From Tricharina praecox (taxonomy: Eukaryota), in NCBI RefSeq assembly GCF_024521635.1, contig NW_026250421.1, forward strand, positions 310,001 through 374,000: a DNA stretch of 64,000 nucleotides, written 5' to 3'. Positions within the stretch are counted from its first letter, which is position 1, and each line of letters opens with the position of its first letter. Below, piece after piece: positions 48,882 to 60,790 of the stretch. The translations under genes and the position numbers were made by a program. The notes under the pieces are model-generated. The model made no database searches, was not told the origin of the DNA, and saw nothing but the letters and a program-made list of their open reading frames with translations.

Positions 48882-51800
48882 ATCGTGCTGCAACCTGTTT
48901 GCATTCACCTTTCTTTTTTTGCTACCTCATAAGCACGGCTCATCCGCAGCGGACTCTCGAGTACGTACCGACAAGTTCCGCCTCTCGCGTTATTTATTTC
49001 TCGTTTGACTCGCGGCAGTTTTCTATCCCTCGTTCGTTCGTTTCTCCTTTTCTCCCTTTTCCGTTTCCATTCGTGCCGTGTCTTTGATGGCTTCGGTCGC
49101 TATCAGAAACCTTCCTCCACCCCACTCGATCATGCACGCTCTGTGGCTCTGCTGGATCGGCTTTCAACAAATGTTGCACACTGTCGTGAGTTTCTTTGCC
49201 ATAGAGAGCTCTGCTGAAGAGGAGACGAAACCGTTGAGGAGAGTACATACGAGTCAAAAACTCCCGCTTTTCTTTGAGGCTCCATGGCACGAGGTGACGG
49301 AACATGCACCAGGCCCTAGTTATAGTCCATACGGTTGAGTCTTCATGAGCTATCAGCTCATGTCCCACAAGGGTGTTTCGGCCAATATCATCAACCAACT
49401 AACCATGTGCACGAGCAGAGCACTCACATACATACCCACTAGGTACTCTTCAGCTGTATCTTTGCTCACAACCTTGAGCTCCGAACAAACGTCATTCATT
49501 CTGCCTCGGGCACTAGCATCTCCGCGAGATTGCGGGCCACCGACGGTCGATGTCCGAGTACTGGCGGAAGCGGATATAACACTGTGGAGCAGGTGTGCTT
49601 CGCATCTCGTTTGGCCATGATGAGGGGGACGCGTATGGAGCTCTTCATGCTGGCTACCTTACTCATATGTACAGGGTGCGATATTAGTCATGACTGGCTC
49701 TCTCCCAACTGGTGTGCGGCGAATACTAGGTACCTAGCTCCTAGCCAACAGACGCCATGAAACAAGCGCGACACGTCGTTCGATCAGCATCTTCGGAAGA
49801 CCTCTGAGACTGGCCGAAGTGGAGAAGAATATGCATCAAGCATCATCAAGTAATTCGAAGGAAAAGTGAATCGAGGAAAAGAACAACAGGTGATGGCCAA
49901 AGCTTTAACTAAGCATGGGGGCGGCACCAGGTGACCTGAGGTCCGAGCCCTCAGGTTGCACGATCGGAATTGGAGGATGGGTCCTATGCTAGTTACTAGT
50001 AGTTACCAGTTCCGAGCCCAGGCTCCAGCCGCCACGATTATGCATCCCGATGCTGACGGCGCATATCCGATGCACAGTTCCGTAGGTGGCTTTTGCGGCC
50101 AGCGTTCGAACATCGAGTGCGACTTCAGAACGAGCAGCCCAAGCCATATATCTATAAGCAAATGGAGGTTTCGCTGCGACTACCTACCTACAGGGCGCAC
50201 TTCTTTACGAATACTCGCGGACCGGATTGGACGTGGCACAAATATCTATAGCTACCAATCAAAAGCAGCCGCATACACAGAGACAGTTAGGTAACTCCGA
50301 GCCGGAGATGTTCGTCTACGATCAATTCATGTACCGCGCTCGCCGCTCGGCATCTCAAGTTATTGACCTCGTCACGTATGTGCGTGACCTTCTGCACTTC
50401 TTAGTCGCAGACAGTTCCTTTCCGAACATGCATCATGCAGTCACCATATCCGAGCTTTGCCAGTCTCGCGACCGGAAGACGGTATCGGGCGGTATTTGGA
50501 AGTATCCAGCCGGTAATATAGTGTTTCGAACACAGCGTATGATACGACGAGGACAGCTTTGTTTGCTTACAGCTGAGAAGCGGCTGGAAATCGAACCCGG
50601 GCTGAAACGCGCACGATGATTGATTGCCCATTGAAACGGATTATCACAGCCTATCACTCAGGCCCAGCCAATGATCTCGATCACTGGCTAGCTCTTCGGG
50701 TCACAACCTAACGAATGGCAGACCGTGGTAGCGGTGCAGGTGAAGTCACCTGTGTACGTCTCAAGCTCCACCAACCCTGGCTGTCGAATGACAGCCCATC
50801 TCTACCACCATGAGAGAATGTACTCAGACTGTCCCTCACTTCAGCCAAACCTTCGATCCTCCCGACGCCCGTGGTCTAACACCCCTTAACAATCGGCCTT
50901 CTTCTCTTCGTCGACAAGCACAATCGGAAAATCAGAACAGGTATCAGGAAACAACTCAGGCTTCCTTATGCGTGAACTGCCACCACCACTCGGTACCTAT
51001 CCAGCGGCGCAAACCCCGGCTCCGCCTCCGCCAGCAACTCCCTACCGTGTTCTCCTTCCGCACGTCTCGCACCCTCGTATCGAAGCGATCATACCCAGTG
51101 GCCATATACACATTGTTATCCAAAAACCTCTCATCCGCCGTACACGCCACCGGCCGGCGGTTTCTCGCCAGGCGAACGCCGAATACCCCCTCGTTCGCCT
51201 AGGTAGGCGGCAACCGCACGATCGTCACGGTACTAACTACCCCTTAGACACCAAGAGCCGCGAGTTGTCGACAGGCAGTCGGATAAACCTCGGCGCATCG
51301 GCGAATCGTTTACCTACTGGTATATCCCCGGTCCACCGGACGAAATGGGAGACTGCGTGCTGCAGCCCGGCCAACGGTCGTGAGCTTCCAGTGTGTACGA
51401 TGTACTCGTGACGGACTGAGAAGCGTCCGCTGAGCGAGTTGAGATAGGTGCGCAAAGGCTCTTCTCTTCTCTTCGTTGCAATGCCGGCTATCGGTGTTGT
51501 GTGCCTGTGAAGTTACGCGGAATCATAGTATCATACACCGGACCTCACGGAGGATTGTCGAGTCGATGTTAGCTAATTCTGCGGGGGCCGTGAGAGCGTG
51601 CCAAGTCGCCGAGTGCAACGAAGACGCTGAGAATTGGCAGCCTGGCAGCCTGGCAGGAATATTGTGCTGATCCGCCGCAGATCCAAGAACGGAACGGGGG
51701 GGGAATACGGGAGTCCGCAGCGGCAGGCAGCTTTGTCGTTTTCGGTGACTTGTTCAGTGACCGGTCCTACGAAACCAGTTACCAGGTGCATACATACGCA

Positions 51801-52596
51801 GAGTTCACCTTTGGGGAGCGTTGCACTTCTGTATCGATCCGTAAGCCAACCTACACTACACCACACCATTTCCACCGGTCGAGCTTCCGGTGTGCCTCCG
51901 GAAAGGAAAAAGCGGGAGGAGGAGATATCAAAGGCGAAACCTCGAACCTACGGTACAGGCCTTGCGCCGCTCATCTACCTGCCCTGTCCATTGTACCTAT
52001 CCGCCTATCTCCTCCCTTCCCGTGATTGATCACTCGGGTAGACACGACGGAACATTGCATTGTGTGGCACCAGGCAGATTTCCTGGTGGATGTCACGGCG
52101 TCCATCACTCCATGCAAGGCGATACCTACTCTACACCACACAGATGTTCGGTTGTACAGTGGATCATATGACCATACTATGTAGTATTCCTGCCAGTGGC
52201 GAAGCGCCCAGGCACCTAGTGGGGTATCAAGTGGCCAGTTGACCACGCTTCGCAGTCTTCATTTTCTCCTGGTTCATCAAGGAAGACCCGTTGCCTAGGT
52301 ATGTAATTACTTACACACGAAACCCTCAGAGGGAGCATCGCCGCTGTTCCCGATTAGCTATATACCTGCAATATACCTACAAGATGTCTACATGCCTGCG
52401 CTCTCGCGCGCTTCCTCGACCTCGCGGCGAAGTCCCCGCTATTCCGTCCGGATGAGTTCCCAAGTCTTCGACCCACGTCAGTCCATAAATCACGGATCAG
52501 CTCGACTTCATGTAGAGTAGCTGTGAACACTTCCATCACCTATATGTGCGCCAAGATCCCATACTACATAATAGGAGGGAAAACAGCAAAAAGAAG

Positions 52597-52682
52597 TCCC
52601 TCCGACCAGAGTCGAACTGGTGACCAACGGATGACAACCTTGCAATTACAGTCCGGTGTGATACCAACTACACCACAGAGGG
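52597..52682 (-). tRNA. tRNA-Tyr (GTA) with a 13-nt intron (52633-52645)
   Basis: Acceptor stem CCCTCTG/CGGAGGG plus discriminator A; D-arm GTGTAGTTGGTATCAC; anticodon loop CT-GTA-A, intron, then A; T-arm ACCAG-TTCGACT-CTGGT; TTTTT Pol III terminator immediately downstream. Confidence 0.95.
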
Positions 52683-53309
52683 GTTCTTGTGTCACACACC
52701 ACTCCAACCGTATATATACTATATATAGTATGAGTAGCTGCGTACTCGCGTTGGCCGAGTGATAGCGGTGCATTAACATCTCCCCTGGCCTACTGGGGCT
52801 GTTAAGATACACGCACTCACGCACGCACACACAGTACATAATACCTTTGTACCTCCAAACCATCGTGGCAACCAATAACCCACCGGGTCGGGATGAGGGG
52901 GGGGAAGTAAAATGCCGTACCCGCGCACAGCAGTGGGCACGCATGGGATTCCGAGAGATGGCAACTGAGGAAACATGCCAAACCGGCGATATCGAAGCGG
53001 GCGGCCTTATTTCTGGACTCTAGAAGTTCCGGAGTAGGATGAGGATGAGAACGTGGATGGCTGCCGGGTGGTGGCTGGGAGTGGCTGGGAGTGGCTGGGA
53101 GTGGTGAGGGATGAATGCTGCAAGCAACCATGGCGAGTTGGTGTGTTGGTGGCGCGAACTGGTGACGGTGTGATGTGCCATACTGGGCGAGGTAGAACGT
53201 ATGGAAGTTACCTACCTTGTACCTACCTACCTATGTGAATGAGAAGACGAGGAGGAGTTGGAGCTAGGTCGATTGGAGAGGGAAAGAAATGAATGGGGAA
53301 GGGAGGGAG

Positions 53310-53572
53310 GTTGCTGTCAATGAATGGGTGATGTAAGGTACGATGGTTGTTGTGGCTGCTGGTGATGAGTGGGAGCTATAAGTTACGATGGTTGTTGTGG
53401 TCGCTGATGATGAATGGGAGCTAAGTTGCGATGGTTGTTGTGGTTGCTGTCCATGAATGAGGGGTATGAGTTGCGATTGTCGTTGTGGTGCTGTCTATGA
53501 ACTGGGGATGTAAGGTGCGATAGTTGTTGTGTTGTTGTGGGTGAATAGGAGGTTCAAGGTACGATGGTTATT
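53310..53572. repeat. ~43-46-bp degenerate minisatellite x6 (core AAGTTGCGATGGTTGTTGTGG)
   Basis: Six recurrences of (g/t)t(a/g)cgat-gttgttgtg separated by TGAATGGG-like blocks. Confidence 0.8.
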
Positions 53573-54535
53573 GGGGGGGGGGTGGGGGGGTCATGAAGGA
53601 TTTCAAACAATTGCTGCCGCTACTAGTCCCGACCGCGGCAGTCCGTCACGAATACTATGGCAGCTATTATGACATCAACCAGTCCTCGATAGAGCCTGAA
53701 GTGTTTACATTGTACCATAGCCATCGCTTCACTCCAAGTTCCAAATCTCAACGAAGGAGCCACACTCGTCAATAGCCGGGTGAGAAATTGTGAATGGCTA
53801 CTTTCAGGTTCAGTGAGGAACTGCATGGTAAATTGCAGTTCATCGTTTCATGGCTTGGAATCTGTATCTCAATTGCTCAGAGACTTGGAAAGTATGTACG
53901 ACGGCCGCTACTAAGAGCCATATACCCGCTCGCCCGCAAGATGCGCTCTCCCTCCCTCTGGCCGGTTTGGATGTAGGAGGAAACTCGGTGATCATTGTGT
54001 TGATGCATGCCAACGCCATCCTGCCAACAACCATGTACACCATGATCTACGGGTTCGCTCAAGTGTATAGTAAAGAAGAGAAGCCACAGCCCCAGACCAC
54101 CGCCTGCCCATAGGCTCGGAGCCTTGAGAATCCCATCTCCGATTTCCGTCACTTGTCACCTTTGTGATCGATTCATCAAGTTGTAATTGTGTTTACGTGT
54201 AGTCTGATATCTAAACAAAATCGTAAAGAAGGAAAGAAAAGAAATAAAGGAAAGAAAGAGAGAAAAGGAAAGAAAAAAAAAAGAATCGTCAAACATAAAT
54301 TTTTCACATTTTCCGTAAAAGCGCCCAAAAAGACGCGAGAAGAGGAGGTGGAAGGGGAAAAAAAAGATAATGAAGCCTGAATGCAACGCTGCAACGCAGT
54401 TTGCACAAATCCCTCCCTTGTACCGCTGCAGTAAGTGAAGTAGGTAAAACAAACGTCAAACGTCAAAAATGATAACCCCCTTCTACTAGAGAGATAACTC
54501 CGTGGTAGTAGTAGTAGTAGTCTAGTCGTTCCCAA

Positions 54536-56784
54536 TCAAGATTGAGCCTTCTCCAGCTCCAGCTCCAACTGTCGGATTTTCTCGTCCTTTCTCCTACCCT
54601 CCTCCTCTAGCTCCTCGTTGCCCACTATCACAGTAGTTCCTCCATCGACGATCCTCTCCTTGAGGGTATCCACCTCCTTGGTGAGCTCACGGATCTGTGC
54701 GTTCTGAGCCGCGAGCGTTTCGTTCTGGCTTTCGAGCAGGGTAGTGATCTTGACGAGCTGGTCGGTAAGGATGGATTCAGCAAAAGAGGGGGCCATGGGG
54801 GCGAGAGGAGCAGCAGGGGTAGGTGCCGCAGCAGGTGACGGCGCGAGACTAGCTGCCGGGGGAGTGGCAGCCCTGGGAGACGGCGCGGTGGTAGTCTTGG
54901 TGGGAGACTTGGGGCGGAATGGCAGCTCCTTCTCGACCGTGGGAGTCGCCGCCGGCGCCACTGCTGCAGGTTTGGGGGTCTCCTTGACCGGGCTGACTGG
55001 AGACCTGAAGGAGTCCAGGGCAGCAGTGATGGAAGGCGAGGGTGTGTGCATGTGCAAGGTGTTCTTGCGCGTCGACGGCGCGGTAGACAATGGAGGCATG
55101 GGTGTAGGCGCAGGCGAAGCACCAGGCTGGTACAGGGTCTCGAGATCAAACTGCGGTGCCTCTGCGTCGGCACCGCCGAACCACTCGCTGGAAGAAAGCG
55201 CGGACACTCCCGACGATGCCATTGGGTAGATGTCGGACTGGTAGGTTTCGGCCTGGAAGATCACTAGTTAGCGGCGAACTATGACCACGGTTGAGGATTG
55301 CAATTTACCCGTCGGGGAACAATGAAGGAGATGGGCTCAATGTACGCGTCGTTGACAGTCTTGAACGCCCTCATCACCTCGTTGTCGTTGACCTGGATTC
55401 GCTTAGCAAACACCCCTCACATCATCAAACTGGTACAATACCGAAACACCCCTCTTGGGCAAGAATGCGACACCACGCTGGGGTTCGCTGCTCTTGTACT
55501 CGGACAAGGGGATGAACTCGCTGCCGTCGTACTCGTAGTACCGAATGTTTCCATCGCCCTTTCCGGCCAGGTACAAGCACTTCGTGCCCTGGTCCCAGAA
55601 CGGCATGCACACGCCCGAGATGCTGTCCAACATCTCGAAGCCGCCAACAGGCCCCTCCGACAGAGTTCTCAGGTCCCAGTGACCAAGCTGACGATCGCTC
55701 ATCTTGCTGAAACCAGTGGTCGCAATCTTGTCACCACCGACTTCTCCGGTCATCCATACAGCCCTGCTGTTCTTCGCTCCAGCATGTCCGGCAACCTCAT
55801 GCACCGCCTTCTCCTGTCTAGGGTCCCAAACACGGAGCTTCTTGTCTCGACAAGTCGTAACGAGCATGGATCCGTTCGTCGACCAGGACATACACTGCAC
55901 AATGTCACCGTGGGGCAACTGGTGAACCGCCGCACCGGTGTTGACATCCCACAGCTTGATCGAATAGTCCCCGGAACTAGTCGCGAGCACGTTCTCCGCC
56001 GACGGATGGAACAAGACATGTCCGACCTTCCTCGTGTGTCCGGCGAGCTTCAACACGGGGGCAACATCCTGAGGGCCCTCTTCCTCATCGTAATGAAGCG
56101 AGAAGTTTTCAGGCACACTCCAGATGAACACCTTCCCGTCATCAGAGCCGGAGGCGATGAGCGAGTCGTTGAACGGCGACCAGTCGGTATCCAGAACCGC
56201 GGCAGTGTGTCCTCGGAATAGGGGGATGAGCTCCGGCAGTCTCCCGCGCTCGGATAAGGGAATGACGGCGAAGGCGCCGCCTCCGCCAGCTTCCCAGTTC
56301 ACCGACAGGTACGACGGATTGACCTGGTTCCGTCAGAATCACTATTCTCCTTCCACCTCATCGCCATCCGCCCACGCCGATCGACCACTTCATTTTCGAC
56401 GGACGACGACGGATGATCGTATAGTGTAGCACGTACTTTGATGATGTTGCTGTCCCAAGCATTCTTTGAGATGTGGCTGTGGGCTGAGGTCAGATGGGTG
56501 ATGGTCCGAGTATGTACTAATAGGGGATTCGGTGGAGGAAGGGAGCGCACAGGTTATCGTAACATAGCTCCTGGAATAGCGGAACAATGTTAGCATTAAT
56601 CCGCAACCTAGCCATAGCCGAATCAACAGAGAGCGAAGCAACAGACACATACCTTCTTTGTAGACCGACCAAAAACGTGTCCTGCAGGATGGAAGAGCTG
56701 TCAACAATGGAACGGAATAGCTTGGGGGAGGAACGGCAAGAGAGGCTCACGGTATTTGGAGGATCGGACGAAACGGCCAGCCAT
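54536..56784 (-). CDS. CRN1: Coronin (actin-binding WD40 protein with C-terminal coiled coil), ~601 aa; exons 56784-56751, 56681-56653, 56570-56551, 56476-56437, 56323-55442, 55392-55309, 55252-54536
   Basis: Signature N-terminus MAGRFVRSSKYRHVFG, CYDNLHISKNAWDSN, GGGGAFAVIPL, GKGDGNIRYYEY, PQRGVAFLPKRG, IEPISFIVPRRAETYQSDIYP; all introns GT-AG and in phase. Confidence 0.97.
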
Positions 56785-57324
56785 AGCGAGGTCGAGCGGG
56801 TGTAGGTAAGGGACAACGGATAGGGCGAATCTGGCGATGGATTGGGAGATGGAGGAATGAAGCTCTTGGGCAGAGAGGGTTCTGTTGGAAATAGCAATCT
56901 TGAAGAGAGGGGGAGAATTGCGAGACACGAGGGGTGAGCTGAATCGCTTTGCCAAGCGGAACGCACGTGCCTCCCGACTAGGGAGGTACAGATAGAGTAG
57001 GTAGTAGAGTTATCTGCCCCTGCGGACCTCACCCTGTCACTGTCGACCTCTCGAACTTTTATTCATAGATGCGACATCGCGAAACTCTGAATTGCATCGA
57101 ACTTGATATCCCATTTACAATACACCCCTTCTTCCTCCTCTACTTGTTCATCATCATATTCTTCTTCTTCCTCCTCTTCTTCCTATCATGATACAGAGAA
57201 CCCTTTAATAACGGATAAATCAATAAAGATATTAACGCCACCCACCCGCCCACACGTGTAGATAATACATTTTATCCCCACCCATCACCCCGCCCCCCAC
57301 CGGCAACACTAAAGCCAACACATT

Positions 57325-58760
57325 CTACTCCCGGTACTCCTTGTTGTCGTGCTCCGGCGCCGCCAGCTTCTCCATCCATCCGCGGATGTACTCGTACACG
57401 GTAAAGGTGACAGCCTGCACATCTCGGTCAGCAATCGTTCGTATTTCCATGCAACTGTCAGATCAGCTTGGTTTTCTTTCTTACCTGTCCGGGGGCAACC
57501 CTCATGACGCGCGGCGTGATTCCCTGGTAGAATGCCCGGAATCCCTCGTGCTTGAACATGTCCTTGCAGATGTAAATTATTCTCGCCATCGCCGACTCTC
57601 CGGGCTTTGCCGAGCTTCGCTGCAATCGAGTCTCTGAAGTTCGTACGCACATCAGCGACGGCTCCGAGCACAACAAAATGATGGGAGGAAAAGACTCACT
57701 GATGGTATCGATGGGAGCGTTAGAGAGCGGTCCCATGGCACCAGAGACCAATCCGAGCAGCATGTGCTGGTAACTCGGCAGCTCCTCCAGGTGCGGCTGG
57801 TATTTCAGGGCAGCCTGCTTGAAGTATGTGTATGCGGTGAAGTTGACGGCCTGGTTGGTGGACTGTCGTAGGGCGGTGAGCGAGACACCACGGTACAGCG
57901 TGCGGAATCCCTCCTCGCGGACGACGGTGTAGGCGGCGTGCGCGGCGTTCCGGTATCGGGGCACGTCGAGCGGGTCGGACATGGAGTGGTGCTGGGCTTG
58001 TAGCCGGATCTTGACGACTTCCATCGGAGTCACGACGGCGACGGCTTCTGTGGCACCGGCAGCGAGACCGGCTATCCCGCAGAAGGAATGTCAGCGAGGT
58101 TGCACTCCCACCTACCACAACCACCACCACTACCACCACCGCCCCCACGCCGGGAATTGGGAGACCTACAAAAAAAAACACCACTCGCCCCGATCTTTCC
58201 AGTCTCGGGGTTAATTGGCGCAAGGGACTTGTAGAACTCGAAACTCGAAAACCGGATGGCCATCTTGGGCACGATTCCGGTAACGACGGCACCCAATCCC
58301 TTGTAGAGCGCCAGCGGGCCCTCCTTCTGGATGATGTCCTTTCCAACCGTGAAGAATCCCTTCCGCTTCACTCCCGGCGCCCTCTGGCGACGCGACAGTT
58401 GCATCCGCACCTTCGCGTTACGTCAGTCACATGTCGGCCGGCGACGACGGCGGCGAGCGCTCGGCATCGAGAAAGAGGGAAACTCCGTACCTTGATGGTA
58501 TCTGCGCGCACACATTAGAAACCTCCTAACACCGAGGGAACACGAGCGGGGGAATTGAAGATATTGAAGAACTCACCTAACGGATGACATGCTAACGCCT
58601 CGCACATACCAGCTCCTCCACCGGCTGCAACAATCACACCCCGCGGTTAGCAGTCCGCGCCGCGCAATTGCAACTACAAATTGCTTCCCCGGATTGACGC
58701 CAAAAGCATACCGATCAAGTGAGTGGCCATAGTGGCCGGCTTCTTCTGTTTATCACCCAT
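57325..58760 (-). CDS. SFC1: Mitochondrial succinate/fumarate carrier (SLC25 family, Sfc1/Acr1/AcuL-like), ~319 aa; exons 58760-58712, 58624-58577, 58501-58491, 58410-58170, 58071-57700, 57633-57485, 57414-57325
   Basis: Three carrier signatures HPLDTIKVRMQ, TPMEVVKIRLQ and APIDTIKTRLQ; family-typical GIVPKMAIRF, TALRQSTNQAVNF and GITPRVMRVAPGQAVTF; includes an 11-nt microexon. Confidence 0.93.
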
Positions 58761-59079
58761 GACGTGTGTGTTTAGTGAGGCCGATGAGTACTACTCTCTT
58801 TTTTTCCTTCTTTCCCGGCGTTGCAACTTGTCACCGTAGATCACACCTTAGGACAACAGCGCGCAACAAGTGACGTCGAAGAGGGCGACGAAGAAGAATA
58901 AGAATATAATAGAGGAGTGGAGATGTAACAGACTATTGGAACTGTCGACAAAGGAAGAGAGGAGGAAGAAGAAGGGGGTAGGAGAAGAAGGTCGGAGGAC
59001 GAGGAGGAGGCACGCGGGAATGGGGGATTTAGACAAGACATGTGGGCAGAAGAAGTTCGGTTGTCCCAGTTTTTGTGTG

Positions 59080-59091
59080 CGGTCAAACGGA
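59080..59091 (-). promoter_or_regulatory. Candidate carbon-source-responsive element (CSRE)
   Basis: TCCGTTTGACCG on the minus strand fits the yeast Cat8/Sip4 consensus YCCRTTNRNCCG, ~320 bp upstream of the SFC1 ATG. Confidence 0.45.
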
Positions 59092-59949
59092 AACACCGAG
59101 CCAAAGGACCTCGGTGCTGGTGTTATCCCGTAAACTATCTAAGCTGGGCTCATATGTTATGCCTCCCCCCCCCCCCCCCCCTTCCCCCCGCCCCTCCACC
59201 GGCCGAGCAGCTGCCTTGAACTTTTTGTTCCCATCCACACACGCGCCCCCATCGATCCGGATCATCCTCAAGGCTCATGGCTCATGGCTCATGCTCATGC
59301 GTCGTGCCCTCCCACCCGCCCCTTGCTTCATTATGTGGATGCGGTCCGGGGTAAGCTCTGTGGCCGCCGCTCGCGCACTCGGAGCGGAGTGGTGCGGTGC
59401 GGTGCGGTGTGGGAGAGCGGGGGGCAGCGTCGTTTCGAAGGGTGTACGGAACTGCCCCACCAAGCAAAAAATTACATCATATCGTGGGTTGCCGAATTGT
59501 CCCGGAAAAACCGGGTAAGAGACTGCTGGCTGTACCGCAGAGTAGAGTACAGGAGGACGGGCCGAGGTTATCGATTGTGGCTTGGCCATGTCAGGTCCCC
59601 CCGGGTCCCGGGTAAACAAGGAAGCGATCGATGCGAAGCGAAGTTGAGTGACAACTGTCAGCGCTTCCGAGGGGACGGGGGACGGCAACGGAATGCAAGG
59701 CAAGGTGGTGTGTGTGACACTTGGAAACACACACCCACACCCATCACGAGGAGAATATAGGATTATCCGTTAATTGTCAATCGTCAATCACTCCCATAGT
59801 TACCTGGGAATCTCTATTCAGATAGGTAGATATTCATTCCGCCCACCCAAACGCCAAATTCAATGGCAAATCTAGATTCTACATACTCTTGCACCATGAT
59901 GTTCTCACCGAAGTTCAAACCGTGCAATCTTGAGTTTCCACACATCCGC

Positions 59950-60790
59950 CTCTAGAAAATGAAATTGTTCCTCTATCCCGCCCGCCCACCCACCGTCTCA
60001 ATATTTCACAAACTCCGCCGGTCCCGGAACTGTCACTCTCGCAGCGCCCCACTACATACGCAATCACCACCTGCAACCGTCCCACAAGCGCTCTCTCCAG
60101 CCTCTCCCATCCTGAGTTCTCCAACGCCGCGCCCACCGTTTCCACGGTGCAGCACCGAGCATATGATCCGCAAGCTGGATATAGAGTACCCGACGGGCCG
60201 AGTTTCTCACATGCGCACTGGAGCACCGGAGCGCTTCCCGTCCCGTCCGCCAAGAACCGGAGGCGTGTAGACAGGTCCGGCGAAGGTTCGCCGGTACGAC
60301 ATAGTATTCATAGTGTAGTCCCCGCAGTTCCACGATGGACAGTGGACCTCCGGGGGTGAGCGTATAAGGTGTTCACGCATGAGGAGTATTGCATTGTATG
60401 CGCGTCCTCCGCGTCTCCGCCCGCGATGCGCGGGAGCGGCGTGTAGCTAGGGCCGCGCCGCCATCATCGCCGGCGGGTGCTTGATCTAGGTGGGTGAGCG
60501 CAGGACGGTGGTGGCGGCGGCGGTGAGCGTGAGAATCGAGGTGCGCGTCGAAACGGCGCAGGTACTATAGCTTTATGCTCGGCGAGTATGTAGAGCGTAG
60601 AAGTTTCGGGAGTGAGACGTTGTGCGGGTGCGGGTAGTGCCGTGTAGTTATACTAGTAGTTGCACGCTGCGATGCCCGTGATGGTGGCGACGGTGAAGGT
60701 GGATGCGTAGAATACTCTACGCGTGAGCGGCGAAGGAGTACGACGAGGAGAGCGTGGGTGCGCCGGTGCGGCCGAGAAGATGCCACATTG
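59950..60790 (-). pseudogene. Possible frameshifted gene remnant
   Basis: Protein-like blocks in different frames: MWHLLGRTG..., LTRRVFYASTFTVATITGIAACNY*YNYTALP..., AALENSGWERLERALVGRLQVVIAYVVGR. Confidence 0.25.

Noticed and set aside
55298..56221. 307-aa plus-strand ORF
   Set aside because: Antisense shadow of coronin exons 5-6.
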